A stretch of DNA of 64,000 bases from the NCBI GenBank assembly GCA_963770975.1, contig CAVYRM010000001.1, positions 127,792 through 191,791 on the forward strand. The letters are read 5' to 3'. Source of the stretch: an uncultured delta proteobacterium (GTDB lineage Bacteria > Desulfobacterota > Deferrimicrobia > Deferrimicrobiales > Deferrimicrobiaceae). Of the stretch, positions 26,855 through 35,229 are shown piece after piece. Made by a program: the position numbers and the translations under genes. Position 1 is the first letter of the stretch; each line of letters starts with the position of its first letter. The notes below the pieces were generated by a model. It was not told the origin of the DNA. It saw only the letters and a list, made by a program, of their open reading frames with translations, and made no database searches.

Positions 26855-27498
26855 CCGAGCAAGGACAGGACGAGATCCTCGAACTCCTGTGGACGCTTCG
26901 GGAGGAGGGGAGGGCGACCCGGTCCGAGCTGCTTCGTTCGACGACGGAAGCAAGCCCCGAGCAGCTGCTCGAGGAGATCCACGCCGGAGGCCTTGTCGAC
27001 GCGTCCCGGGACGAGATCCTTCTCACGAAGAGCGGCGAGGACCGGGCGCGGGGGATCATCCGGCGCCACCGGCTTGCCGAGGTGCTCCTGCAGAACCTGT
27101 TCGAACTGGACAACACCCAGCTGGAACACAGCGCCTGCCAGTTCGAGCACATCCTTTCCGAGCCCGTGGTGGAGAGCGTCTGCACGTTCCTCGGGCACCC
27201 CCCCGTCTGCCCCCACGGGCGGTCCATCCCGAGGGGGGAGTGCTGCAACCGGATCCGCACCGAGATCCGCCCCCTGGTCATGCGGCTGACCGAGGCTTCC
27301 CTCGGGACGACGGTCCGGATCGTGTTCATGACCCCCAAGTCGAAAAAACGGCTCGAGAAGCTTTCCGCCCTCGGGATCGTGCCCGGAAGCCGGCTGAGGA
27401 TCCTCCAACGGACCCCGTCGTACGTCCTCCAGATCGGCCAGACCACCGTGGCCGTCGACCGGGATATCACCGATGAGATCTACGTCAAGGTATCGTAG
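26851..27498 (+). CDS. DtxR/IdeR-family metal-dependent repressor with a C-terminal FeoA/SH3-like domain
   Basis: RRHRLAEVLL...HSACQFEHILSEP is the DtxR metal-site signature. The C-terminal VRIVFMTPKSKKRLEKLSALGIVPGSRLRILQ is FeoA-like. Preferred start is MTEQGQDEILELL at 26851. Confidence 0.8.
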   Translation: MTEQGQDEILELLWTLREEGRATRSELLRSTTEASPEQLLEEIHAGGLVDASRDEILLTKSGEDRARGIIRRHRLAEVLLQNLFELDNTQLEHSACQFEHILSEPVVESVCTFLGHPPVCPHGRSIPRGECCNRIRTEIRPLVMRLTEASLGTTVRIVFMTPKSKKRLEKLSALGIVPGSRLRILQRTPSYVLQIGQTTVAVDRDITDEIYVKVS

Positions 27499-28768
27499 GG
27501 CCGTCGCGCTCTTCCTTTCCGTCTCCCTCGTCGCGGGGACCTTCACGCCGGCTCTCGCCGGTGATCCCGTCGGGACGAGGCAGCCCGCGCTCCTGCTGAA
27601 GTACGCCGCGCCGGACCTCCCGGATGCGGAGGCCCGCAAGGTGCTCGATCCCCTGGCCGGGATCCTCGGAAAGGAGCTCCAGGTCCGCTGGCTTCCCGTT
27701 CCGTCGGAAACCCCCCGGGATGGCCGGGCTCCCGGCGTTCCCCCCGTTCCCGACGACACCGCCCTGCGGCGGATCGCGGGAAAACTCACCAGGGCATCCC
27801 GGTCGATGGACAAGCTGGAGACTTCGGAAGCCGCAAGGGCGCTGGAGGAGGCCGAGAGGGAGTGCCGGTCGTACCGGTTCACGGATGCGACCAGGCCGTT
27901 TCTCGCCGAAATCTTCCTCCGCCGGTCGATCCTGCGCTTCTGGAAGGGAAAAACCTCCGAAGCGGAGGCGTTGGCTGCCCGCGCGCGGGCGATGCGCCCC
28001 GGGTTCTCCCCGGACCCTGCGATGTATTCCCCGCAATTCCTGTCCCTCTGGGAGGCCGCGAAGCGACGCCCCGTGCCGGAGGCGGAACTCCTGGTCCAGT
28101 CCCTCCCTTCCGGCGCGGAAATCTTCATCGACGGGGAGCGGCAGGGGGTCACCCCCTCGCGCGTCAGGATACGGAAGTACGCCCCGCTGCGGGTCCGGGT
28201 CTCCCACCCCGGTTACCGGGACGAGGAAAGGACCGGCCAGTGGCTTCCAGGGGATACGGAGATCCTCGAATTCACCCTGTCGGGCGACCGGGTGGCCCGC
28301 CTCGGAGACCTCCTGTCGCGGGCACCCCGCGAGAAAGGCGCCGGAACCGGCCCTCTGCTGGAAGAGCTCTCCAAGGCGGCGGGAACGGGTCGAGTGGCCG
28401 TATTGACGCTGGAAAAGGATGGAAACGGGGGAGGGTGCCTCGCGCGCCTGTACGGCCATCGGACGGGCGGACGGGACCTGGCCCTTCTCGGGGAGAAGGT
28501 CGTGGCCGGGGGGGAGGAAGCCGCGGAGGTATCCGGGTCCTGGGCGGCGAACGCGCTTGCAGCCGACGGATGGCCGCGTGCGGAACGCGTCGAAAGTCCG
28601 TGGTACTATAGTGCCTGGTTTTGGCTGGGGGTAGCATCGGTTGCGGGATTGGCCGTCGCCCTGGGGGGGGGAGGCGGCGGAGACGGAGGAGGAGGGACCG
28701 GCGGAGGGGGCACCGGCGGAGGAGGAACCGGCGGCGCCACGGACGGTACCGTCGCAGTGAATTTCTAA
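27473..28768 (+). CDS. secreted/membrane PEGA-domain protein with a C-terminal TM helix and a Gly-rich (GGGGT)n tail
   Basis: Signal peptide VALFLSVSLVAGTFTPALAG. PEGA-like SLPSGAEIFIDGERQGVTPSRVRIRKYAPLRVRVSHPGY. TM helix WFWLGVASVAGLAVAL, then GGGGGGDGGGGTGGGGTGGGGTGGATDG. Confidence 0.6.
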   Translation: MRSTSRYRRAVALFLSVSLVAGTFTPALAGDPVGTRQPALLLKYAAPDLPDAEARKVLDPLAGILGKELQVRWLPVPSETPRDGRAPGVPPVPDDTALRRIAGKLTRASRSMDKLETSEAARALEEAERECRSYRFTDATRPFLAEIFLRRSILRFWKGKTSEAEALAARARAMRPGFSPDPAMYSPQFLSLWEAAKRRPVPEAELLVQSLPSGAEIFIDGERQGVTPSRVRIRKYAPLRVRVSHPGYRDEERTGQWLPGDTEILEFTLSGDRVARLGDLLSRAPREKGAGTGPLLEELSKAAGTGRVAVLTLEKDGNGGGCLARLYGHRTGGRDLALLGEKVVAGGEEAAEVSGSWAANALAADGWPRAERVESPWYYSAWFWLGVASVAGLAVALGGGGGGDGGGGTGGGGTGGGGTGGATDGTVAVNF

Positions 28769-28799
28769 CCTCGGGAAAAGGCAGGGGCCGCATCCCCCC

Positions 28800-30140
28800 A
28801 TGAGCTGGATCCTCACCATTCTCCTGTTGCTCGTCTCCGTGGAAACCTTCGCGGCGGACGCCGAAACCGTGATCCGGGGTCTCGGGAACACGAAGATCAT
28901 CCGTTCGAACGAACCTCCCCACACGATCCTAAACGAAGCCTGCGTCGCGTGCCATCCCAAGGAAAAATTCGAGTACTGGCTTCTCATCTACAAGGGAAAG
29001 GCGCCTTCGCTGACCGTTGACCGGCCGGAAGGCAGCGATCAACGGGCCGGCACCGAAGCAGCCCCCGTTCGCGGGAAGACCAACCGGTACAATTCCCACG
29101 ACTCCCTCGCCTGCAATCTGTGCCACTTGCAGAACCCCACGGAAGCGGCCCCCAAGTTCATCGTGGACGTCGCCGACCTGTGCCGGCTGTGCCATCCGGG
29201 CACGGGGATGCACCACCTCCCCGATCCCGCCGGCCTGGCGCTGGTGAAGAAGGCGATCCTGGGCAGGAAACTGCCCGGAAGGGACGGGGAGCCGCTGTGC
29301 ACGACGTGTCACAAGACCCACGAATCCACCTACACGATGCGCCAGGTATACGCCGAGACGCTCTGGGAAGGGAAGGTTCCCAACCCCCACGGGAGCAGGA
29401 TGCTCTGTTTCGCCTGCCACACAGGACGGATCAAGGAAGGACAGGAAATCCGCCTCACGACGGGAAGGGACAACATCAAGCTCTGCAACGCGTGCCACAC
29501 GAAGCCGGGGGTGAAAAAGAGCCCGCACATCGTGGACGCGACCTCCTCCGAGGGGACGTGGAGGATGGATTACCTCGGGTATCCCCTCAACCAGGGGAAG
29601 CTCGTCTGCTCCACCTGCCACGACGAGGTCTCCCACGGGAAACGGGACCCCGCGAACCCGAAATTCCTTCGGGGCGGCCCGTACGCGGACCCGGACAAGT
29701 TCTGCTATCGTTGTCACCTGGAGGACAAGGATGTCTACAACAACCCCCACCGCCAGGTCGACGGGTTCGGGAGAATCCGGGCGGAGTCCTGCCTCTTCTG
29801 CCACCGCAACAACCCGGATGCGGGAAAGGACGTGCCGGCGAACCGCGAGATGGTGGCCGAGGACCGGGTGGTGTGCTCGAACTGCCACCAGCTGCGCGCG
29901 CACCCCGGCGTCGATCACCTGATTCTCCTGAAGGGGGAGAAGGCCGCCCGGAAGGAAGAGTACGAACGGAGACAGCAGATTCGCCTGCCCCTTGCCGGAG
30001 ATGGGAAGATCACGTGCAGCACATGCCACAACCCTCACGCGAAGGGGGTTCTGAAGGGGGAGAGCGGCGTGGGCGGCGGCTCGAAATGGCGCGTGCCGGA
30101 CTTCAGGGAGGTCTGCGCGCCTTGCCACGGTAGATACTGA
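28800..30140 (+). CDS. dodecaheme c-type cytochrome, periplasmic or outer
   Basis: Signal peptide MSWILTILLLLVSVETFAA. 12 CxxCH motifs. Confidence 0.88.
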   Translation: MSWILTILLLLVSVETFAADAETVIRGLGNTKIIRSNEPPHTILNEACVACHPKEKFEYWLLIYKGKAPSLTVDRPEGSDQRAGTEAAPVRGKTNRYNSHDSLACNLCHLQNPTEAAPKFIVDVADLCRLCHPGTGMHHLPDPAGLALVKKAILGRKLPGRDGEPLCTTCHKTHESTYTMRQVYAETLWEGKVPNPHGSRMLCFACHTGRIKEGQEIRLTTGRDNIKLCNACHTKPGVKKSPHIVDATSSEGTWRMDYLGYPLNQGKLVCSTCHDEVSHGKRDPANPKFLRGGPYADPDKFCYRCHLEDKDVYNNPHRQVDGFGRIRAESCLFCHRNNPDAGKDVPANREMVAEDRVVCSNCHQLRAHPGVDHLILLKGEKAARKEEYERRQQIRLPLAGDGKITCSTCHNPHAKGVLKGESGVGGGSKWRVPDFREVCAPCHGRY

Positions 30141-30164
30141 AGAACGACCCGACCGGAGGAAGCG

Positions 30165-30830
30165 ATGATCGACCTGTTCGTGAAAGGGGGATTCGCGATG
30201 TACCCCCTGCTGATCCTATCCGTGGTGACGCTCGCGATCGCCATCGAGCGGACGGTGTACCTGCGCAAGGCGCGGATCAACACGGGGGAGTTCATGGAAA
30301 CCATCAACAGCTTCCTCTCCAGGAACGCGCTGGAGGAAGCGCACCGGTACTGCGATTCCACTTCGGGTCCGATCTCCCGGATCATCAAGGCGGGACTGAA
30401 GAACCAGAAACGAGGCCGGGAAGACGTGATCCGGTCCATCGAGGACGCCGGCGCGATCGAGGTCGCCCAGCTGGAGCGGGGGATCCTCATCATACAGACC
30501 ATATCGAAGCTCGCCCCGCTCATCGGGCTGTTCGGCACCGTGACCGGGATGATACGCTCTTTCCAGGCGATCGGAGGCGCCGGCGGGGAGAATCCCAGGC
30601 TGGTCGCCGCGGGGATCGGCGAGGCGCTGGTCGCCACCGCGGCCGGGCTGGTCGTCGCCATACCGGCGTACTTCCTGGCGTTCTATTTCATGAACCGGGT
30701 GAGCAAGTTCATCCTGGAGATGCAGAAGAGCTCGATCCAGTTCCTCGACGGCCTGGGCGAGCTCGAGGAGATGATCGCGGAGCGCACCCAGCGGTTCGAC
30801 ACGGTGGGAGGAGACTACCTTGAAGTTTAA
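30165..30830 (+). CDS. exbB: MotA/TolQ/ExbB proton-channel protein
   Basis: 3 TM helices. The family signature region LIGLFGTVTGMIRSF is present. Confidence 0.85.
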   Translation: MIDLFVKGGFAMYPLLILSVVTLAIAIERTVYLRKARINTGEFMETINSFLSRNALEEAHRYCDSTSGPISRIIKAGLKNQKRGREDVIRSIEDAGAIEVAQLERGILIIQTISKLAPLIGLFGTVTGMIRSFQAIGGAGGENPRLVAAGIGEALVATAAGLVVAIPAYFLAFYFMNRVSKFILEMQKSSIQFLDGLGELEEMIAERTQRFDTVGGDYLEV

Positions 30831-31221
30831 GAGAAGGCTCCAGGGAGACGAGGAGGGGATCCCGATCACCAACCTCGTGGACGTGCTCTTTCTGCTGATC
30901 GTCTTCTTCATGATGTCCACGGTGTTGAGTTTCGACCGCGGATTCGGGGTGAAGCTTCCGGAAAGCGGGGCCGCCGGGACGATCTCGAACAAGGGCGTCA
31001 GCGTGCTGATCTCCCGCGAGGGGAAGGTGTACGTGGACGGGAACGAGACGCCGATCGACCGCGTGGGAGAGGTGGTCAAGGCGCGGCAGCGGACGGCCGG
31101 GAACAACGTCGTGCTGAAAAGCGACCAGGACACGCGGTTCCAGGCGATCGCCGACGTGATGGACCGGCTGCTCGCCGTCGGGATCGGGGACCTCTCCCTC
31201 CCCGTCCTGGAAAGAAGGTAG
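30820..31221 (+). CDS. exbD: ExbD/TolR biopolymer transport protein
   Basis: Single N-terminal TM helix ITNLVDVLFLLIVFFMM plus a periplasmic domain. Its start overlaps the exbB end. Confidence 0.85.
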   Translation: MKFKRRLQGDEEGIPITNLVDVLFLLIVFFMMSTVLSFDRGFGVKLPESGAAGTISNKGVSVLISREGKVYVDGNETPIDRVGEVVKARQRTAGNNVVLKSDQDTRFQAIADVMDRLLAVGIGDLSLPVLERR

Positions 31222-31234
31222 GAGAGGCAACGCC

Positions 31235-32110
31235 TTGGAAGGGAAGGGCGTACGGAGGGTATTGCAGCCGGCCTTGTACCTCGGCATCGCGATCCTCGTC
31301 CACGCCCTCTTATTCCTCGTCCCGTCCGGGACCGGATCGAAACCCGCGGACGGGACCACCCGGGGGATGCGGATCCGCGCCGTCGCGGCCCCCGGAAGGG
31401 CTCCTTCGCCGCCGGTCACACCCTCTCCCGCCCGCTTGGCGCCGCAGACCGCGGAGATACCACCGAAGTTCGGCACCGGTCCGAAGGGTCCCCAGGGATC
31501 CGAACCGGCATCCGGATCCGGGGGAACCCCGGGCGGGGGTGGCGGTCCACCGGTGGACGGCGCGGCGACGCCGGGTGCCCCGCCGGTCGGAGAGTACGCG
31601 GCGTACATCGCCCGCTTGCGGTCCGAAGGGGTGCAGGGATGGGCCCGGGACAGCGCGAGCCGGATGCGCCAGGGATGGAAAGGCACGGGGAAAGGCGGAG
31701 GGGGGTTGGGGATCGGGTATGGAGCCGGCGCGGGAGCCGGAGCGGGTGGGCGCGGAGGGGGAAGCGGCCGCAGCGGCGGGGGTGGAACGGGTGACGGCTA
31801 CCTCGACTCGCGGGTGCGGATGGTGGTGACCAGCTACCCTCCGACCACGATCGAAAGACGGTTCACGATGGTGGCGTACCCGGACCTGAAGGTGAAGAAG
31901 CACGAGTACACCGCCGGGTGGTGGAACGTGTTTATCCAGATGCGGACCGATGCCTCGGGGAAGGTGACGCAAACCCGGGTTCTCCGGCCGGAAACGGACG
32001 GACCGCTGGAGAGGATCTTCGTGGACCAGGTGCGCAAGGAGATCGGCCGGTGGACCTTCGATCGCGCGGCCGCCGAAATCAACGTCGACGTGCGGTTCTA
32101 TGTCGAATAG
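31235..32110 (+). CDS. tonB: TonB-like energy transducer
   Basis: N-terminal TM anchor ALYLGIAILVHALLFLV. Pro/Gly-rich spacer. The C-terminal ~80 aa domain resembles the TonB C-terminal domain only weakly. Confidence 0.6.
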   Translation: MEGKGVRRVLQPALYLGIAILVHALLFLVPSGTGSKPADGTTRGMRIRAVAAPGRAPSPPVTPSPARLAPQTAEIPPKFGTGPKGPQGSEPASGSGGTPGGGGGPPVDGAATPGAPPVGEYAAYIARLRSEGVQGWARDSASRMRQGWKGTGKGGGGLGIGYGAGAGAGAGGRGGGSGRSGGGGTGDGYLDSRVRMVVTSYPPTTIERRFTMVAYPDLKVKKHEYTAGWWNVFIQMRTDASGKVTQTRVLRPETDGPLERIFVDQVRKEIGRWTFDRAAAEINVDVRFYVE

Positions 32111-32867
32111 GTCGGCAACCGCCGTTTTTCGCCGGGTTTGCTTTCCTTTCGCCGTCATCGGGGTGCTGGTTTCCGGCGCATCCCTCGCATCCGACCAGGA
32201 AGGGTGCCTCCTTTGCCACCGTCTGTCCCTCCGGGTGGTGGTCGACGGGACGGAAAGGAACCTGAAGGTAGACGATCGAGCCGCCTGGATCCACGAGGCC
32301 CTCTTCTGCTCGGATTGCCACCCGGATGCCAGGAACGCCCCGCATCCGGCACCTCCGGGCGCCGCACAGTGCATCGGGGAGTGCCATGGAGGCGGGGAAG
32401 GCGCGATCTCATCGCATCGGAGAGCCGCCTTCGGCGGGTTGACCGAAACCCACAGGCGGGTCAGCCCGGGGAAAGGCGCCTGTTTGCCGTGCCACAGGGC
32501 TTCGGACGCGAAAACGGGACATGCGGCGACGGAACGACGGTGCGACGGGTGCCATCCCGGGGAGCGGGCCGCCGCGTCGAGAGGGCCGCACGCCCGCCTG
32601 GCGGATTCCCCCGGATTCTGTTCCGGGTGCCATCCGCCGCATCCCGCGTTGACCGGAAAGGGGGATCCGACGATCCAGGCCTGTGCCGCGTCCGGCTGCC
32701 ATGCCCGGGTGTCCCCCGCGATGAAGGCGTTGGCCGACCATCGAACATCGCGCGGGGCGGGCAGCGGAATCGGGAAGGCGGCGCTTTTCTTCCTCCTGGC
32801 CTGTGCGGGATGGCTCGCCGGATCGGCATTGTCCCCGAAGCCGGGTCGCGGGGAGGGAGGAACATGA
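32100..32867 (+). CDS. heptaheme c-type cytochrome with a C-terminal membrane anchor (CbcA-like)
   Basis: Signal peptide. Five CxxCH motifs plus CIGECH (CX3CH) and CAASGCH (CX4CH). C-terminal hydrophobic AALFFLLACAGWLAG. The ATG at 32100 overlaps the tonB stop. Confidence 0.8.
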   Translation: MSNRSATAVFRRVCFPFAVIGVLVSGASLASDQEGCLLCHRLSLRVVVDGTERNLKVDDRAAWIHEALFCSDCHPDARNAPHPAPPGAAQCIGECHGGGEGAISSHRRAAFGGLTETHRRVSPGKGACLPCHRASDAKTGHAATERRCDGCHPGERAAASRGPHARLADSPGFCSGCHPPHPALTGKGDPTIQACAASGCHARVSPAMKALADHRTSRGAGSGIGKAALFFLLACAGWLAGSALSPKPGRGEGGT

Positions 32868-33802
32868 ACTGGATCCAGCCTCCCGAAACGGTCCGGAGAT
32901 TCACGATCCACCAGATCCTGCAGCACGGATTCGCGGTGGCGCTGTGGGTCCTTCTCCTCGGGAGCGCGATCGCGGCCGGGTGGGGAATCTCCGGCGTGCG
33001 TTCCCTCCATGCGGTCGTCGGAATCGCGGGCGGAGCCTTCATCGTGTACCATGCGCTGACACTGGCGGCGATCGGGATCCTCCTCGACATGCCTGCCGAG
33101 AGAATCGCTTTCCTTCCCTGGGGGCGGGACTGGGATGCGATCCGCCGCCGGAAGGGGAGCACCGAAGACCCGGGTAAATACGTTCCGGCGGAGAAAGGGG
33201 ATTACCTCGCGATCCTGGCATGGAGCCTGTTCGCGGTCCTGTCCGGGATCCTTCTTCGATGGCCCTCCTTCTTCGGCGTCCCGGGATCCGGCGCGTACGA
33301 CTGGATCCGCGCCGCGCACGCCGGGTTCGGCGCCTCGCTCACGGTCCACATCCTCGTCGTCCACCTTCCCGGCCGCTGGACGCACGCTTCCCCCGCGTTC
33401 CGACGCGCCGTCCTTTCCGGCACCGTTCCGCTATCGGAGGCGGAAAAGAGGGGGGGGTGGATCCGCGACCTCGTTGCGCTCGGAGTGCTCGTCCCCGCTC
33501 CCGAGGAAACCGTCACGGCGGAGGAGAAGGAATCCGGGACGGTCAGGGAGTTGCTGGAGCGGGGAAACCGCCTTGTCCGCGAAGGGATGTACACGGAAGC
33601 GTGCGATGCCTACGAGGCGGCGCTTCGCCTGTTGCCGGACTATTCGCAGGCGCGGTTCAACTTCGCGGTCGCGCTGTTCCGGGGAGGGCGCAGGGAGGAA
33701 GCGACGACGCAGTTGAGGATATTCCTCGAAAAGGATCCCTTCAACCCGATGGTGGAGAAGGCGAGGGGAATGATCGAGGAGATCGAGGGGTCCGCGGAAT
33801 GA
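32864..33802 (+). CDS. diheme b-type cytochrome membrane subunit (FdnI/HyaC/CbcB-like) fused to a C-terminal TPR domain
   Basis: VRRFTIHQILQHGFAVALWV is the cytochrome b RFxxxxRxxH signature. 4 TM helices carry conserved His. The C-terminal ~100 aa is TPR-like (YTEACDAYEAALRLLPDYSQARFNFAVALFRGG). The ATG at 32864 is the preferred start. Confidence 0.75.
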   Translation: MNWIQPPETVRRFTIHQILQHGFAVALWVLLLGSAIAAGWGISGVRSLHAVVGIAGGAFIVYHALTLAAIGILLDMPAERIAFLPWGRDWDAIRRRKGSTEDPGKYVPAEKGDYLAILAWSLFAVLSGILLRWPSFFGVPGSGAYDWIRAAHAGFGASLTVHILVVHLPGRWTHASPAFRRAVLSGTVPLSEAEKRGGWIRDLVALGVLVPAPEETVTAEEKESGTVRELLERGNRLVREGMYTEACDAYEAALRLLPDYSQARFNFAVALFRGGRREEATTQLRIFLEKDPFNPMVEKARGMIEEIEGSAE

Positions 33803-34344
33803 AGCGAATCGCCGAACGCATCGGGCCGGCCGCGGCCGTCGTCGCGACACTGCTCCTCTTCTGGACCGTGGCCAGGGGAGGAAGCGGGCACGTCAGGAAG
33901 GTCCCTTCCCGTACGGCATCGGCTTCTTTTCACGGCGACGGCACGATCCGCGAGGTTCCCCCGGATCCCGACTGCGCCGGACCGAAATGCCATGCCGCAT
34001 CCTCCCATCGGGCGTCGGGGCCGCGGAGCGCTTTCCTCAACCAGCACGCGGAAATCGTCTCCTGCCTGGGCTGCCACGGCCGGGAGCCGGAACGCGGATG
34101 GGGCGTGCCGAAAGATGGAGGAAAGGGTGGGATTCGCCTGGTCTACTCTCCAAGCCCGGAGCCCGGGAAGCAACACGCCGGTATCGGTCCACCGGCCTCC
34201 TGCACCCGGTGCCATTCGCCTGAAGGCCGGCGAGCGATCCTCTCCGCCGGGGTGAAGGGACTGGGAGAAGGGTTCGATTCGCCGATCGCTCTTCGGATGA
34301 TCGAGGGGGGAGGACGAAAGTGGGTCCCGGACGATATGCGATAA
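33799..34344 (+). CDS. small triheme c-type cytochrome
   Basis: Signal peptide. CAGPKCH (CX4CH), CLGCH and CTRCH. The ATG overlaps the preceding stop (ATGA). Confidence 0.7.
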   Translation: MKRIAERIGPAAAVVATLLLFWTVARGGSGHVRKVPSRTASASFHGDGTIREVPPDPDCAGPKCHAASSHRASGPRSAFLNQHAEIVSCLGCHGREPERGWGVPKDGGKGGIRLVYSPSPEPGKQHAGIGPPASCTRCHSPEGRRAILSAGVKGLGEGFDSPIALRMIEGGGRKWVPDDMR

Positions 34345-35210
34345 CGGCGTTCCTCCTCTTTCTATGCGCGGCGTTGCCGACCGGCTCGGCACGCGGCGCG
34401 GAGGGGGGGAGCGATGCGATCTGGATACGCCAGGCCCAGTCCCGGCAGCTCTCGACCCCGTACGACGTGGCCGTGGACCGGAAAGGGGTCGTCTTCCTGC
34501 TCGAATCCGGTGCAAGGACCATATCGATCTTCTCCCCGCGGGGAGAGTTCCTCCGCGAGATCGCCGGAAAGGGAGGATGGAAGGATCCCTCGGCGATCGC
34601 GATCGGATCGTCCGGCTCGATTTTCCTCGCGGACGGCGTCGGATCCAGGGTATTGGAGATCGATCTCTCCGGAAAGGTGAAGAGGGAGTACGTCGTAGGC
34701 GGAAACGCGAGAGTGACGGGGGTTTCGGTTCTTGGAGACGCGGTCTACTGCGTGGACAACCGGAACCACCGGGTCGCGGTATTCCGGAAGCCCGGCGTCC
34801 CGCCGGAATTCTGGGGAAAGCGGGGGGAAGGCCCGGGGCAGTTCCAATCCCCGTTCCGGATCGCCGTCGATTCTTCCGGACGCGTATTCGTCACGGACGT
34901 CCTGAACGCGCGCGTGCAGTGGTTCACCGCGTTCGGCCGACACCTCGGGACCCTGAAACGATTCGGGGCGGCGGAGGGAAAGATCTTCCGCCCCACGGGG
35001 ATCGCCCTGGACCTTCGAGGCCGGATCTGGATCGGGGACAGCTACACCGGCCTGGTGCAGCTTTTCGGGGAAGGCGGCGAATTCGCGAAGACGCTTCGCG
35101 CGAAGGGACGCCCCGTCGTCTTCGGCGACCCCGTCGGGCTGGCCGTGGCGCCGGGCGGCATCTGGGTTGCGGACCAGCGGGAGAATCGCCTGGTCCTGTT
35201 CCGGGACTGA
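34320..35210 (+). CDS. secreted NHL-repeat six-bladed beta-propeller protein
   Basis: Signal peptide ITAFLLFLCAALPTGSA. Repeated motifs YDVAVD/IAIGSSGSIFLAD/VYCVDNRNHRVAVF/IAVDSSGRVFVTD/IALDLRGRIWIGD/LAVAPGGIWVAD are characteristic of NHL repeats. Confidence 0.8.
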   Translation: MGPGRYAITAFLLFLCAALPTGSARGAEGGSDAIWIRQAQSRQLSTPYDVAVDRKGVVFLLESGARTISIFSPRGEFLREIAGKGGWKDPSAIAIGSSGSIFLADGVGSRVLEIDLSGKVKREYVVGGNARVTGVSVLGDAVYCVDNRNHRVAVFRKPGVPPEFWGKRGEGPGQFQSPFRIAVDSSGRVFVTDVLNARVQWFTAFGRHLGTLKRFGAAEGKIFRPTGIALDLRGRIWIGDSYTGLVQLFGEGGEFAKTLRAKGRPVVFGDPVGLAVAPGGIWVADQRENRLVLFRD

Positions 35211-35229
35211 AACGGGAAGGAGCGCTGCG

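Noticed and set aside
28676-28745. Short tandem GGN-rich repeats. Similar repeats occur at 31490-31560 and 31690-31790. These were considered as a CRISPR array or VNTR.
   Set aside because: The units are ~15 nt, imperfect, inside coding frames, and encode Gly/Pro low-complexity linkers of the PEGA and TonB proteins. There is no repeat-spacer periodicity.
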